In this document: positions 1 through 11,000 of the stretch, one piece after another | Numbering within the stretch: the stretch's first letter is position 1 | Layout of the letters: each line of letters opens with the position of its first letter | Source: Candidatus Gastranaerophilales bacterium | GTDB lineage: Bacteria > Cyanobacteriota > Vampirovibrionia > Gastranaerophilales > Gastranaerophilaceae | NCBI GenBank assembly: GCA_944324905.1 | Contig: CALUYB010000002.1 | Span: forward strand, 17,834 to 81,833 | Direction: 5' to 3' | Length of the DNA: 64,000 nt | Made by a program: the position numbers and the translations under genes | Notes under the pieces: generated by a model | Told to the model about the DNA's origin: nothing | The model's database searches: none | The model's input: only the letters and a program-made list of their open reading frames with translations

Positions 1-314
1 AATAATTGCAGGTTAAGGATAACTGTTTTTCTTGATTTTAGTGCTTCAACAATATTGATTGATTCGTTAAAAGCTCTTGGTTCAAATACCATTACTTCAT
101 ATCCGCGGTTTTGACCATGCAGAACTCTTAAATTGTTGCGCTCTCTTGTTTCCATGGGACTTTGTGTTTCAAAATTTCTTTTTAAAACGTTTGAGCCATC
201 TGTTTCATATTCATTTTCATACTCATCGTTTAATTCACCGAATTCATTATCATCCGGATTATCAAAACCGAATAAATTGTATAAAAACTTGAATTTTTCA
301 CCTATGCCTGCCAA
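1..314 (-). CDS. sepF: Cell division protein SepF, N-terminal ~104 codons (3' end runs off the left window edge)
   Basis: Absent from the ORF track because it is truncated. Reverse-strand translation from TTG at 314 (GGAGG 8 nt upstream) gives ...GYEVMVFEPRAFNESINIVEALKSRKTVILNLQL, the conserved SepF core. It lies directly downstream of yggS, as in the common ylmE-sepF arrangement. Confidence 0.8.
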   Translation of the reverse strand, partial: MAGIGEKFKFLYNLFGFDNPDDNEFGELNDEYENEYETDGSNVLKRNFETQSPMETRERNNLRVLHGQNRGYEVMVFEPRAFNESINIVEALKSRKTVILNLQL

Positions 315-328
315 TTTTTTTTCCTCCT

Positions 329-985
329 TTATGAATTTTCAAATAGCGTTCTTCCTAATCTAATGATGGTTGCGCCTTCTTCAAGCGCTATTTTATAGTC
401 ATTACTCATTCCCATTGAGAGTTCTTTTAAGTTGTATCTTTCTTTTAAAGTTCTCATTTGAGAAAAGTACTTTCTAAGCTCTTTTTCATCGTCTACAAGT
501 GGTGCTATGTTCATAAGCCCTTCTAATTTTAGTGAATCAAGCTTTGAAATTTCTTTAATTAAATCATCTGTTTGTAAAGGTGCAATTCCGAATTTTGATT
601 TTTCATCAGCTACATTTACCTGAATTAAAATCTTTTGGACAATTCCTTTTTCTGCCGCGCATTTTGCTATCTCTTTTGCTACTTTCAGCGAGTCTACACT
701 GTGGATATAGTCAAAAAATCCAACTACATGCTTTACTTTGTTCGTTTGTAAATGTCCAATAAAATGATAAGTCGATTTTAGTCGTATTTCATCGTCTAAT
801 TTGCTGATTTTTTCGACAGATTCAAGCGCTCTGCTTTCTCCAAAATCCCTTAAACCTGCCCTGTAAGCGTTTATTATTGCATTTTCATCGTAATACTTTG
901 TTACTGCTACTATCCTTACATTTTTTCTATCAACAATTTTCAAAATACGATTGTAGTTTTTTTGAATCGTGTCATATGTACACAC
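329..985 (-). CDS. yggS: YggS-family pyridoxal-phosphate homeostasis protein (alanine racemase N-terminal fold)
   Basis: 218 aa. The VAVTKY (PLP lysine) ... RDFGESR pattern, overall length and position upstream of sepF are all typical of YggS/YlmE. Confidence 0.88.
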   Translation of the reverse strand: MCTYDTIQKNYNRILKIVDRKNVRIVAVTKYYDENAIINAYRAGLRDFGESRALESVEKISKLDDEIRLKSTYHFIGHLQTNKVKHVVGFFDYIHSVDSLKVAKEIAKCAAEKGIVQKILIQVNVADEKSKFGIAPLQTDDLIKEISKLDSLKLEGLMNIAPLVDDEKELRKYFSQMRTLKERYNLKELSMGMSNDYKIALEEGATIIRLGRTLFENS

Positions 986-1293
986 TTATCATTTCCCCTG
1001 TTCTTGCTGATTTTTGCAAGACCTTTTTATTATATTCCAGTAATTTTCATCTGACAACAATTTGTTGAGTAAACATATTGTTGTTTATACACTTTTTGCC
1101 AAAACATGCATGGGGACATGATTTGCCATGTTTACCCCGAATTAACATTTCTTAATATTCAATGATTATACACTTAACAATGCGTTACAAGTTTAAAATC
1201 GTACATATGTATGAACTTTATTTTAAAATTAACAGCAAAAAAAATAATCAGGGTTTTTGTAGTCTTGTAGTTGTAAATTTGAAAGGATAGGTA

Positions 1294-1824
1294 ATGAATA
1301 TTGGCAAATTATCAAGTGCACAATCTTTTTGCGGCACTGTAAGAATGGACAAAGAAAAAATTGCAAAAGAAATCGCAAAAATCTGCAAAAACGACTCTCA
1401 AGAGCAGCTTGATAGTGTTATTGGAAATATTAATACATTAAAAGACAGGCTCGAAAAACAAACCCCCGCTTCTTCTGATTTTACACTTGATTTATCTGTT
1501 AAACAAGAGTATGCAAGGTTCCATAATGATGTAACAGATTATGACATTGCTATGGGTTGCCGAGAGTACAGTTATGAAGAACATGCAACCAAGCTTTCTG
1601 TATCTGTAAAAAGTAATAACTCTAATAAGATGTATTGGTCAAATGTTAGCCTCGGCTATTGTCTTAATGAAACCCATGGACTTCAAAATAAGACTAGCGG
1701 AGAGGAAATATGGAAACAAGGCTTTAAGCGCATCACAGAAGATATCTTGAGAGATGAAAATATGAGCCATGAAGAAAAGGTATTAAATAAAGACGAGCTT
1801 TCTGTTTTTAACAGACTTGCTTAA
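1294..1824 (+). CDS. Hypothetical protein, 176 aa, no signal peptide or TM segment
   Basis: Clean ORF with AAAGGATAGG upstream of the ATG. No recognisable motif. Its N-terminus MNIGKLSSA resembles that of the FtsH-like protein at 52468. Its stop codon overlaps the stop of convergent pdxJ. Confidence 0.5.
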   Translation: MNIGKLSSAQSFCGTVRMDKEKIAKEIAKICKNDSQEQLDSVIGNINTLKDRLEKQTPASSDFTLDLSVKQEYARFHNDVTDYDIAMGCREYSYEEHATKLSVSVKSNNSNKMYWSNVSLGYCLNETHGLQNKTSGEEIWKQGFKRITEDILRDENMSHEEKVLNKDELSVFNRLA

Positions 1825-2531
1825 ATAATAAGTTCGCGCATTTCTTCAATTGCGCGCTCTAATCCAACAAAAACAGCACGAGAAATAATGCTGTGACCAA
1901 TATTCAGTTCAATAAGTCCATCGATCTGGTGCATACGATGGACATTTTCATAATTAAGCCCATGGCCTGCATTAACCTTTAAACCTAAATTTTGCGCTAG
2001 TGCTGCTGCGGTTTTTAGTTTTTCAAATTCTTCTTTTTCGCGCTCGCTTCCAAAAGCGTTTGCAAAAGCACCTGTGTGTAGTTCAATAAAATCCGCACCG
2101 CAATTGTGAGCAGAGAAAATTTGTTTTTCATCAGGATCTATAAAAAGGCTCACAATAATACCGTTAGCATGCAGCGGTTTTATAAAATCCCTTATATAAT
2201 TTTCTTGCGAGTAAACATCTAAACCGCCCTCGGTTGTAACTTCCTGTCTTTTTTCTGGTACAATGCAGCAGGAGAAAGGTTTATTTTTTACTGCTATTTG
2301 CTGCATTTCAATTGTTGCAGCCATTTCAAGGTTTATATTTGTTTTAATATTTTTTTTGATTTCATCTAAGTCGGAATCTTTAATATGACGCCTGTCTTCC
2401 CTTAGATGAATTGTAATAGCGCTTGCACCTGCTCTTTGAGCTATTATTGCAGCATCAAGTACGCTTGGTTCAACTCCACCGCGAGCGTTTCTGAGTGTTG
2501 CAACGTGATCTATGTTTACTCCTAATTCCAT
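1821..2531 (-). CDS. pdxJ: Pyridoxine 5'-phosphate synthase
   Basis: 236 aa. N-terminus MELGVNIDHVATLRNARGG..EPSVL and the HLREDRRHI motif are classic PdxJ. Confidence 0.95.
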   Translation of the reverse strand: MELGVNIDHVATLRNARGGVEPSVLDAAIIAQRAGASAITIHLREDRRHIKDSDLDEIKKNIKTNINLEMAATIEMQQIAVKNKPFSCCIVPEKRQEVTTEGGLDVYSQENYIRDFIKPLHANGIIVSLFIDPDEKQIFSAHNCGADFIELHTGAFANAFGSEREKEEFEKLKTAAALAQNLGLKVNAGHGLNYENVHRMHQIDGLIELNIGHSIISRAVFVGLERAIEEMRELII

Positions 2532-2664
2532 AGTTCAAATAATATCACATTTTTATTTTTTTTAAAACTGGTACAAATTGACTATTTTACATGGGTTTTG
2601 TGGACTAAATCAAAATTTCATATATAATAATTGTAAAATATTGTTAATTTTATGAGAACATGTC

Positions 2665-5600
2665 GTGATTTGTCCAAAGTGCAAAACTGAAGTAAGCTCT
2701 CAAGATACCATATGCCCCGGATGCGGTCTGAGGCTCAAGTTTAAATGCCCAAGATGCGGAAATTATACAAGAATCGGTTCCTCATCATGCTCTGTGTGCG
2801 GTTTTGCCTTTGTAAAATTCTGTCCTAAATGCGGTAGTGCAAATTACGCATCAAGCCCCGAGTGCAGAAAATGCTCTTATGTTTTTGATAACCCCAAAAA
2901 AGAGCAAGAACATAAAGAAAAAAAACGTGTTGAGCTGAAAAATGAGCAGCCTCAAAAGAAAGTTGAGCAAGTTACAAAAAAAGAGCAAACACCACCGCCC
3001 CAGCAAAAACTGGTTGTTTTTATTGATTTTATAAACCTTGAAACTATTTTTAATAAATATAAAGACGAAGAATTCAGGCAAAAAGTTGTTTTAAATATAA
3101 AAACCTCAATTAAACTTGGTTTTAACGTTTCTTGCGAGTTTATAAATCCGCACACTGTTGTTTTTAAAATACCTCATACAAAGAATTTTAAGTTTCTCGA
3201 TAAGGTAAAATTATTTTCTGATGAATTTGAAAAATTTAACAATATTTTAAATGAAACTTTAGGCGCAGGAATTACCTATAAATATGCGGTTTTAAAGGAA
3301 GATGAGTATAAAGAAGCACTCTCACCAAAACAGCTTGAATCCGGTATAGAAAAAGACATTATAACGTCAGAAGGTGCATATGAACTTCTGTCTTCAGAAA
3401 TTCCATTAATAAAAATATCCCCTGTGTCTTATAAAATGGTCTTTTTAGATCAAAAACCGGTTTTTTCTCAAAGTGAATGCCAAAGAGAAGATGTTGCACT
3501 TGAGATGGTTTTAGATGCAATAAATGATTCAAATAGCGAAATTAAAGCTATCTCAATCAATGCACCGCGCGGTTGCGGAAAGACATATTTGTTGGATTCG
3601 CTATATAAAAGGCTGGATGGTGCTCAGCATATACTTTTAAAGGGGCATTGTTGCGCTCTTACTCAGGTTACTCCTTTGGGGTTAATTCAAGACATTTGTT
3701 TGTCTTTATTTGACTTGTCTTTTGCACCCAGTAGATATGAAAAAAGGGTTCAAGAGCTTAAAAACGCGCTTGGTGAAAATTTATCGGGACATGTTCCTCA
3801 GGAAAAAATTGACACACTTATAAACATTGCATACCCTCTTAAAGAGGCTTATTACGAGTATATTTTAGAAAATAAGAAAAAAACTTTTGAAGATTTAAAA
3901 GATATTTTAGTTTACTTGAAATCTAAAAATCAATTAACCCTTGTAATTGATGATTTTGATTTAATTGATGAAACGTCTTTTGATTTTATAAAATACCTTA
4001 TTGAGTGTGATTACTTTAAATCGGGCGCAAAAATGCTTTTAACTTATCGTAATCAACATGCGATTGCAATGTATATAAATAGTGAAAAATTGCCCAAAAA
4101 TGCTTGTTTAAATATTAATCTTGCACGCAAAGAAGCAAATGACGTGAGGGAATTTATAAAATCACAAATCGGAGATTATAATATTATTCCGCAAGGTGTG
4201 CTAAATCAAATTACGCTCAATGCTCAAGGTAATTTTGCCTATGTAGAACAGGTTTTGTACAGTTTAAAAGAAACAAAAATACTTGCCTTGCAAAATAAAA
4301 CTTTTGCATTTGACCCGTCTCAAAGTGAAATGTACATTACAAATTCGCTAAAAGAGCTTTTAGACGAGCGTTTTACATTTTTAAAAGAAAACCATCGTTT
4401 TGAATATGAATTTTTAATGATTTCATCAATGCTTGGCGGTAAATTTACAAAGTCTTTAATGGAAAAAGTTTTTGCACTTGAGCTTGCAAATTTTGAAAAA
4501 GTTGCTGCATTTTTAGAGAAAAATGGTTATGTAAAAAGGATAACTGAAAATATTTTTGAATTTAAAAACTCTCTTGTTTGGAGTTATGTTTACGCTTGCG
4601 CTAAGGATGACAAGGATATTCTTGAGGCGCAGAAGAAATTACTTAACGAAATTTGTAAAAGAACGGTATCTTCCCCTGCTATACCTGCACTTTTGGCGCA
4701 GGTTACAGGTGAAAAAGACCTTGCATTTAGTTTATGGACAATGAGTTTAAAACTTGCCTCTTATATTGGCGATGTCAGCTTCTACACGCTTTGTCAAAAG
4801 CAAAGTTTAATTTTACTTGAAGATGTAAAACTTGCAAACTTTGAATACATTAAAAACAATATATGCGAGCGTTTGGGTAAGTTGACTTATAATAAAAACC
4901 CAAAAGAGGCTATGGAATACCTTTCTAATGCCATTGTGAGCGCGCAAAAGTCGCAAAATGAAAACAAAGTTGTTGAGTTGAGCGGTTATTTAATTCAAAG
5001 TTGTAAAATTGCTCAAAATTACCCTGCAATAGTAGAAACAGTAGACGCCGTTCTTGCAATTTACTCCAAACCTAAACAGGAGTTGCAAAGAGCGCTCATT
5101 AAAACAAGAAAACTTGAAGCACTTTTGCACCTTGGCAATTGGTCTGAAATAGCAAGCATTGTAAACAACGAAGTAAATCCTGTATTGCAAGATTTTCTAA
5201 GACACCCTAAGAAAAACGAGTTTGCAAGCATAAGAGAAGTTTATGAAGCATGGATTATGGCAAATATTGTACTTGCCGAGTCTTTTGCGCAACAGGGAAG
5301 TCCGCTTGCTTTTGAATTAATTGAAGAAATTCAAAAAGAATTAAATAAAGACAAATCTCATCATTCAACAAGACTTAAGCTGCACCTTGCCCTAGCTCAT
5401 GCTTGCGCGCAAACATCGCGCGGTTTTGTGAAGGATTCAGATGAGATTTTGCAGTCTATTTTAAAAGAGTTTTCATACGCAGTTAATGATTTAAAACTTG
5501 TTTCAAAATGGAATTTAATTGATGTCTTTAATAAAATCTTTGGCGGTAATTTTGAAAACATAAAAGAAGATTTATTTGAAGCGGTTACTTTTGCTAATAA

Positions 5601-6201
5601 CTGTGGGGATGATTATACAAAAAATATCCTAAAAACAATGCTGGCTTATATTCTTTTAAAAGAAAATAACGCCCTGCGCGCGCTTGAGATATGTGCCGAG
5701 CAAATGACGTATTTTTCAGATAAAAAAATAGCCTTTGGTGCGCTTTTAGCTTGGTATATAAGTGCAAAAGCAACACTGTCCTCATCCGGAGCTGACAGGT
5801 GTATAGAAATATGCGAAAAAGCGGTCACAATTTGCGAAAGTGCAAAAATAAGCAGTATAAACTTTAAAATTCTTTTTCAAGAATTGCTTTCAAGAGCTTA
5901 TTTGCAAAAAAATGACTTTGATAACGCAAAAATGTACTGTGAACTTGCTCTGCAGGATGCTAGTGCTAATGAACTTTTGTTCTTGCAAATGAGATTATAT
6001 CGCCTAAGGGCAAATATAATGCAGGATTCAATTGCCCATGTGGAAGATGAGAAAAAACTTGCACTTGCCCAAAATACTGTTAGAATATATGAAAAAGCGC
6101 TTTATTTAGCAGGCCGTTTAGCCCTTGAAAAGCACCAATATACAATTCAAAAGGAGCTAACAGCCTTTAGAGCGTACTGTCAATTAAAACGTATAAGCTA
6201 A
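2665..6201 (+). CDS. Multidomain signalling protein: triple zinc ribbon, degenerate class-III cyclase-like domain, STAND/AAA_16 P-loop NTPase and TPR-like helical repeats
   Basis: GTG start. Residues 1-75 carry six CxxC pairs (CPKC..CPGC..CPRC..CSVC..CPKC..CRKC). A K/E/P-rich linker follows, then VVFIDFINLET (cyclase-like first metal-site strand). Walker A is APRGCGKTYLL (~3562-3585) and Walker B is LTLVIDDFDLIDE. The C-terminal ~650 aa are helical repeats. Confidence 0.7.
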   Translation: MICPKCKTEVSSQDTICPGCGLRLKFKCPRCGNYTRIGSSSCSVCGFAFVKFCPKCGSANYASSPECRKCSYVFDNPKKEQEHKEKKRVELKNEQPQKKVEQVTKKEQTPPPQQKLVVFIDFINLETIFNKYKDEEFRQKVVLNIKTSIKLGFNVSCEFINPHTVVFKIPHTKNFKFLDKVKLFSDEFEKFNNILNETLGAGITYKYAVLKEDEYKEALSPKQLESGIEKDIITSEGAYELLSSEIPLIKISPVSYKMVFLDQKPVFSQSECQREDVALEMVLDAINDSNSEIKAISINAPRGCGKTYLLDSLYKRLDGAQHILLKGHCCALTQVTPLGLIQDICLSLFDLSFAPSRYEKRVQELKNALGENLSGHVPQEKIDTLINIAYPLKEAYYEYILENKKKTFEDLKDILVYLKSKNQLTLVIDDFDLIDETSFDFIKYLIECDYFKSGAKMLLTYRNQHAIAMYINSEKLPKNACLNINLARKEANDVREFIKSQIGDYNIIPQGVLNQITLNAQGNFAYVEQVLYSLKETKILALQNKTFAFDPSQSEMYITNSLKELLDERFTFLKENHRFEYEFLMISSMLGGKFTKSLMEKVFALELANFEKVAAFLEKNGYVKRITENIFEFKNSLVWSYVYACAKDDKDILEAQKKLLNEICKRTVSSPAIPALLAQVTGEKDLAFSLWTMSLKLASYIGDVSFYTLCQKQSLILLEDVKLANFEYIKNNICERLGKLTYNKNPKEAMEYLSNAIVSAQKSQNENKVVELSGYLIQSCKIAQNYPAIVETVDAVLAIYSKPKQELQRALIKTRKLEALLHLGNWSEIASIVNNEVNPVLQDFLRHPKKNEFASIREVYEAWIMANIVLAESFAQQGSPLAFELIEEIQKELNKDKSHHSTRLKLHLALAHACAQTSRGFVKDSDEILQSILKEFSYAVNDLKLVSKWNLIDVFNKIFGGNFENIKEDLFEAVTFANNCGDDYTKNILKTMLAYILLKENNALRALEICAEQMTYFSDKKIAFGALLAWYISAKATLSSSGADRCIEICEKAVTICESAKISSINFKILFQELLSRAYLQKNDFDNAKMYCELALQDASANELLFLQMRLYRLRANIMQDSIAHVEDEKKLALAQNTVRIYEKALYLAGRLALEKHQYTIQKELTAFRAYCQLKRIS

Positions 6202-7089
6202 TTGACACATAAGAAAAAATTAACTAAAATTAATGGCATGAGCTTAGATACACCACAACATATGTACAGCGCGGTTCCCCCAACAAAGTTAAGAAACCGC
6301 GAAGAAAAATTCAGGGAAGCAAAAAACGTTCCTTTCTGGCATTTTATAGGTGATATAGTTTTCCCAAAAATGCTTGAGACACGTTTTTATTCGCTTATGT
6401 ATAAAAATCTCGACAAGCTTGAAAATCGCGACAAAACAAAGGCTACAATCTTTTATGCACCGCATAATAATTGGTGGGACGGTGTTTTGGCTTACAATAT
6501 TGTATATAGAATTGTTAAGAAAGTTATCAAAAAACCGCGTTTTAGATTTATGATTGAGGAAATGAACAGATTTCCTTTGTTCCAATATGTCGGTTGTTTT
6601 CCAATAAATAAAAAATCGCCTCAAGCGTCAATGAAATTTTTGCAATACGCGGTTACAACTCTGAAAGACCCCGATATTGCTTTTTGGATTTTTCCGCAGG
6701 GTATAATTAGACCACCAATGTATCGTCCGGAGGTTTTTCAGTCAGGGCTTGCTTACATTGTAAAAGAAGCTGTTAAAAAATATGGCGGTGTTAATCTTGT
6801 TCCCGTTGCTGTGAATTATACTTTTTTAAGGCAGGACAGGCCAGAAATACTTGTAGAATTTGGCGAACCCAGAGTTATGAATGAGCCGAATTTCAACAGA
6901 AAAGACTTAACATGCACTCTGGAGCGTGAATTTGAGCAATTTTTAGATAAACAACAGGCTGATATTTCAAGTGCAAATTTTGAAGGTTATCATTATTTAT
7001 ATAAGAAAAAACTTAAATGGTGGCGCTACATTGAGCAAAAACTAAAATCAAAAGGTTTAAAGAATAAGCAAATAATAGATTTAAAATAG
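6202..7089 (+). CDS. PlsC-family lysophospholipid/glycerolipid acyltransferase
   Basis: HX4D acyltransferase motif APHNNWWDG and the downstream FPQG block are present. The start is uncertain: TTG at 6202 immediately after the upstream stop, or ATG at 6238. Confidence 0.7.
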   Translation: MTHKKKLTKINGMSLDTPQHMYSAVPPTKLRNREEKFREAKNVPFWHFIGDIVFPKMLETRFYSLMYKNLDKLENRDKTKATIFYAPHNNWWDGVLAYNIVYRIVKKVIKKPRFRFMIEEMNRFPLFQYVGCFPINKKSPQASMKFLQYAVTTLKDPDIAFWIFPQGIIRPPMYRPEVFQSGLAYIVKEAVKKYGGVNLVPVAVNYTFLRQDRPEILVEFGEPRVMNEPNFNRKDLTCTLEREFEQFLDKQQADISSANFEGYHYLYKKKLKWWRYIEQKLKSKGLKNKQIIDLK

Positions 7090-7096
7090 GAAAATT

Positions 7097-8053
7097 ATGA
7101 AAAAATATTCTATCGGAGTGGATTTAGGCGGAACAAAAATACTTGCAGGAATTGTTGAAAAACAAACAGGTAAGGTTGTTTTTGAAGTTAAAAACAAAAC
7201 TAAAAAAGAAAAAGGTAATAAAAAAATTACTGCAAAAATTATTGAAACAATTGAAGAACTTTTGAACAATTCTAATATTTCAAAAGAAGAAATTTCATCA
7301 ATCGGTTTAGGGCTTGCAGGTCAAGTAGATAGAGAAAAAGGCATCCTTATAAATGCGGTTAATTTAGACTGCAAGGATTTAAATATTAAAGAAATTCTTG
7401 AGCAAACGTTTTCAATCCCAGTAAATATAGGAAATGATGTTGAAGTTGCAACTTTTGGCGAGTTGAAATTTGGTGCAGGCAAGGGTTATAAAGATATTGT
7501 TTGTATTTTTGTCGGTACAGGTGTGGGTTCAAGTATTGTAAAAGACGGCAAAATTCACCTTGGCGCAAGTCAAAGCGCAGGGGAAATAGGTCATATTATA
7601 GTAGATTTAAACGGCAGAGCTTGTGCTTGCGGTGGTAACGGTTGTCTTGAGGCTTACGCGTCAAGAACTGCAATTGAAACAAGGATTTTGGGTGCTGTTA
7701 AAAAAGGCAGAAAGTCGGTTATTACTGAACTTACAGATGGCAAAAGCATAAGTTCAAAACACATTAAAAAATCATTAGAAGCACACGATGAGGTTGTAAC
7801 TCAGTATGTAAATGAGGCAATAGACTATCTTTCAGGCGGTATAGCAAGTGTTATAAATTTTTATAATCCTGAGCTTATAATCCTTGGCGGTGGCTTAATT
7901 CAAAGTGTTGAAGATTTTTATCTGCAAACAATTAAAAAAGCTCGTGCAAAATCCTTGCCAACGCCTGCAGCTAAAATAGAATTTAAAAAAGCGGCTCTTG
8001 GCGATTATTCAGGTGTTATCGGTGCAGCGCTATTGGAAGAAAGAGTGCTTTAA
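7097..8053 (+). CDS. glk: ROK-family glucokinase
   Basis: N-terminal IGVDLGGTKILAGIV ATP-binding motif and the ROK zinc signature CACGGNGCLEAYAS. Confidence 0.85.
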   Translation: MKKYSIGVDLGGTKILAGIVEKQTGKVVFEVKNKTKKEKGNKKITAKIIETIEELLNNSNISKEEISSIGLGLAGQVDREKGILINAVNLDCKDLNIKEILEQTFSIPVNIGNDVEVATFGELKFGAGKGYKDIVCIFVGTGVGSSIVKDGKIHLGASQSAGEIGHIIVDLNGRACACGGNGCLEAYASRTAIETRILGAVKKGRKSVITELTDGKSISSKHIKKSLEAHDEVVTQYVNEAIDYLSGGIASVINFYNPELIILGGGLIQSVEDFYLQTIKKARAKSLPTPAAKIEFKKAALGDYSGVIGAALLEERVL

Positions 8054-8062
8054 AAGTATTTT

Positions 8063-11000
8063 ATGCGTGCAGAATTACAAAAAATTAAAATACCCGCCTT
8101 GAAGCGTTTTTTAGGGTTAGAAGGGGTTTATAAACTCTCTCTGACCTCTTTAAACAATCCTTTAAAATTGCTTATTTTCAAGACAATTCTTGATTATGGC
8201 AAAAAAGTTCTCTATATTACCCCAAACGAGCAAAGCGCACTTAAATTTCAAAAAGATTTAGAAAATTTTTGCGAGATTGAAGCAAAAATTTTTCCTTTTC
8301 AAGATATAAATTTTTACGATGATGTAGAAAAAAATTACTATATTTATCAAGAGCAAATCAATGTCCTTTTAGGTGGATATGACATTGTTGCAGCTCCTAT
8401 AAAATCACTGTTTGAAAAATTTCCGACACGAAATTTTTATGAAAAAAATTCCTTTAAAATAAAATTAAATGAAGATGTTGATTATCAAAACCTTATAAAA
8501 TCTCTTTCAAAATTGGGCTATAAGCGTGTTGTAAGTGTTGTGGATGTTGGTGAATTTTGTGTCAGGGGGGATATTTTAGATATTTATACTTTGGATAAAA
8601 ATCCTGTAAGGATAGAGTTTTTTGGTGACACTGTTGAAGATATAAGATTTTTTGACCCAAAAACACAACGCAGTGTTGAAAAAATAAAAGAAATTACAAT
8701 TTATCCTTTATATAAATTTTTGCCCGAAGAAAGCGCGGTAAAAAATTTTAAAAATTCGCTTTTAAACGTTGTGAAAAGCACAAATAATGAGCTTGCAGAG
8801 GATATTTACAATCAAATTTGTGAAAAAATAAATGAGAGCGGATATTTTGACGGTATTGAATATTACCAAAATTATCTGACAAACGCCCTTTGCTCGCCTT
8901 TAGAGTATTTTAGGGATTATGTAATTGTACTGGATGAAACATCGCAAATTTTTGCAAAGTATGAAAATCTTGATAAAGACTTTTGCGAACAGTATCAAAA
9001 AGAAGTTGCATCAAATTTAAAATTACCTCTTTGTGATTTAAATCATATTAAATATGAAGAATTTTCTCGGGATATTAAAAAGTTTAAAACAATAGGTTTT
9101 GATAATTTTTTAGATGATGATTTTGATAAGATGATTGAATTTCAAACATCGCTTACTCCGATTTTTTCTTCTGATGTGGATGAAATAGTGCAATATATTT
9201 CAAATAATTTGAAAAAAAATGCAAAAATTTCAATTTGTACAAATTACCCTAAAAGAATGGAAGAAATTTTAAAAGAAAAAGAAATTTTTTCAAACAGTAT
9301 TGAAATTTCTCCTCCATTAAGCTCAGGCGGCGGTGTTATTGACTTTGACGATAATTTTGAAACACCAAAGGGTAGGTATATATTTTTATCGGACAAGGAG
9401 CTTTTTAATAAACGCTCAAAAGATGTTACGGTTAGAAAATATTCTAAAAACAAACAATCGCAGGATTATATCGATTCAATAAATGACATAAAAGAAGGCG
9501 AATATGTCGTCCATTCTATCCATGGGGTTGGAATTTACAAGGGTCTTACAAAGCAAGAAATCGACGGAGCTAAAAAAGATTATCTTGAAATAGAATTTGC
9601 AAATACAGATAAACTTTTTATGCCTGCAGAACAAATTAATTTATTATATCGTTATCGAGGCTCGGGCTCTGTAAAACCAAAACTTTCAAAAATGGGTGGA
9701 AGTGCTTGGGAGGCTACAAAATCAAAGGCAAAAGCAGAAGTTGAAATAATAGCTCAAGATTTACTTGAACTTTATGCAAAAAGGCAGATGTCGCAAGGTA
9801 TTGCCTTTGAGCCTGATACTACTTGGCAGTTTGAGATGGAAGATGCTTTTGAATTTACCGAAACTCCTGATCAAATGAAGGCAATAGTAGATACAAAAGC
9901 TGATATGGAAGCACCTCGCCCAATGGATAGGCTAATTTGCGCTGATGTTGGTTTTGGTAAAACAGAAATCGCAATAAGAGCAATTTTTAAAGCCGTTATG
10001 TCAGGTAAACAAGCAGCGCTCATTGCGCCTACAACAATTCTTGCACTGCAACATTATCAGACAATTTTCGAACGCTTTAAACCCTTTAGTGTTCGTGTTG
10101 AATTGCTCTCCCGTTTTCGAAGCGCAAAAGAGCAAAAACAAGTTGTAAAAGAAATAAATGAAGGCAGTGTTGATGTTGTAATAGGTACTCACAGACTTTT
10201 AGGTGATGATATTCAATTTAAAAACTTAGGACTTTTAGTAATAGATGAAGAACACAAATTTGGTGTAAGACATAAGGAAAAACTTAAAAAATTCCGTGAA
10301 AATATTGACATACTTGCAATGTCTGCAACTCCTATTCCAAGAACTCTTAATATGGCATTATCAGGTATAAAGGATTTATCTGTTATAAACACTCCTCCAA
10401 AAAACCGCTTAAGCGTTAAAACTTATGTGGGTGAGTTTAATGAAGCTTATTTAAAAAATGCTATAAACCATGAAATTCAGCGCGATGGGCAGGTTTTCTA
10501 CCTTTATAATCGTGTAGAAACTATTTATCAGTTTAGAGATTACCTATCCTCTATTGTGCCAAATGTAAGAATAGCTGTTGCCCATGGACAAATGAAAGAG
10601 GGCGAGCTTGAGCGTATAATGTATGAATTTGCAAACAAAGAATACGACCTTTTGCTATGTACAACAATTATTGAATCAGGACTTGATATTTCAAATGCAA
10701 ATACTATTTTTATCCATGATTCAGATAGATTTGGACTAGCGCAACTCTATCAGCTGAGAGGACGAGTAGGACGTTCTGATAGGCAAGCATATTGCTACTG
10801 TTTTTATAAAAAATCAAAAGAACTCACACCTGATGCTTATAAACGTTTAAATGCCATAAAAGATTTTGAAAGTCTTGGCAGCGGCTATCATATAGCGCTC
10901 AGGGATATTGAAATACGCGGTGTAGGTAATATTCTGGGTTCAAAACAACACGGCCATATGGTAAATGTTGGTTTTGATACATACTGCAATCTTTTAGAAG

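Noticed and set aside
77-363. Plus-strand ORFs of 71 and 76 aa at the left edge
   Set aside because: They are antisense shadows of the truncated sepF gene, whose translation carries a clear conserved motif.
1100-1145. Hairpin GGGGACATG-ATTTGC-CATGTTTACCCC in the yggS / hypothetical-gene divergent region as a regulatory RNA
   Set aside because: It is a single short imperfect stem with no flanking conserved features that I can evaluate. It is too weak to report as a feature.
2990-3550. Calling the 1178-aa protein an active adenylate/guanylate cyclase
   Set aside because: Only the first metal-binding strand is recognisable by eye. The second Asp and the substrate-specifying residues are not, so only 'cyclase-like, probably degenerate' is supportable.
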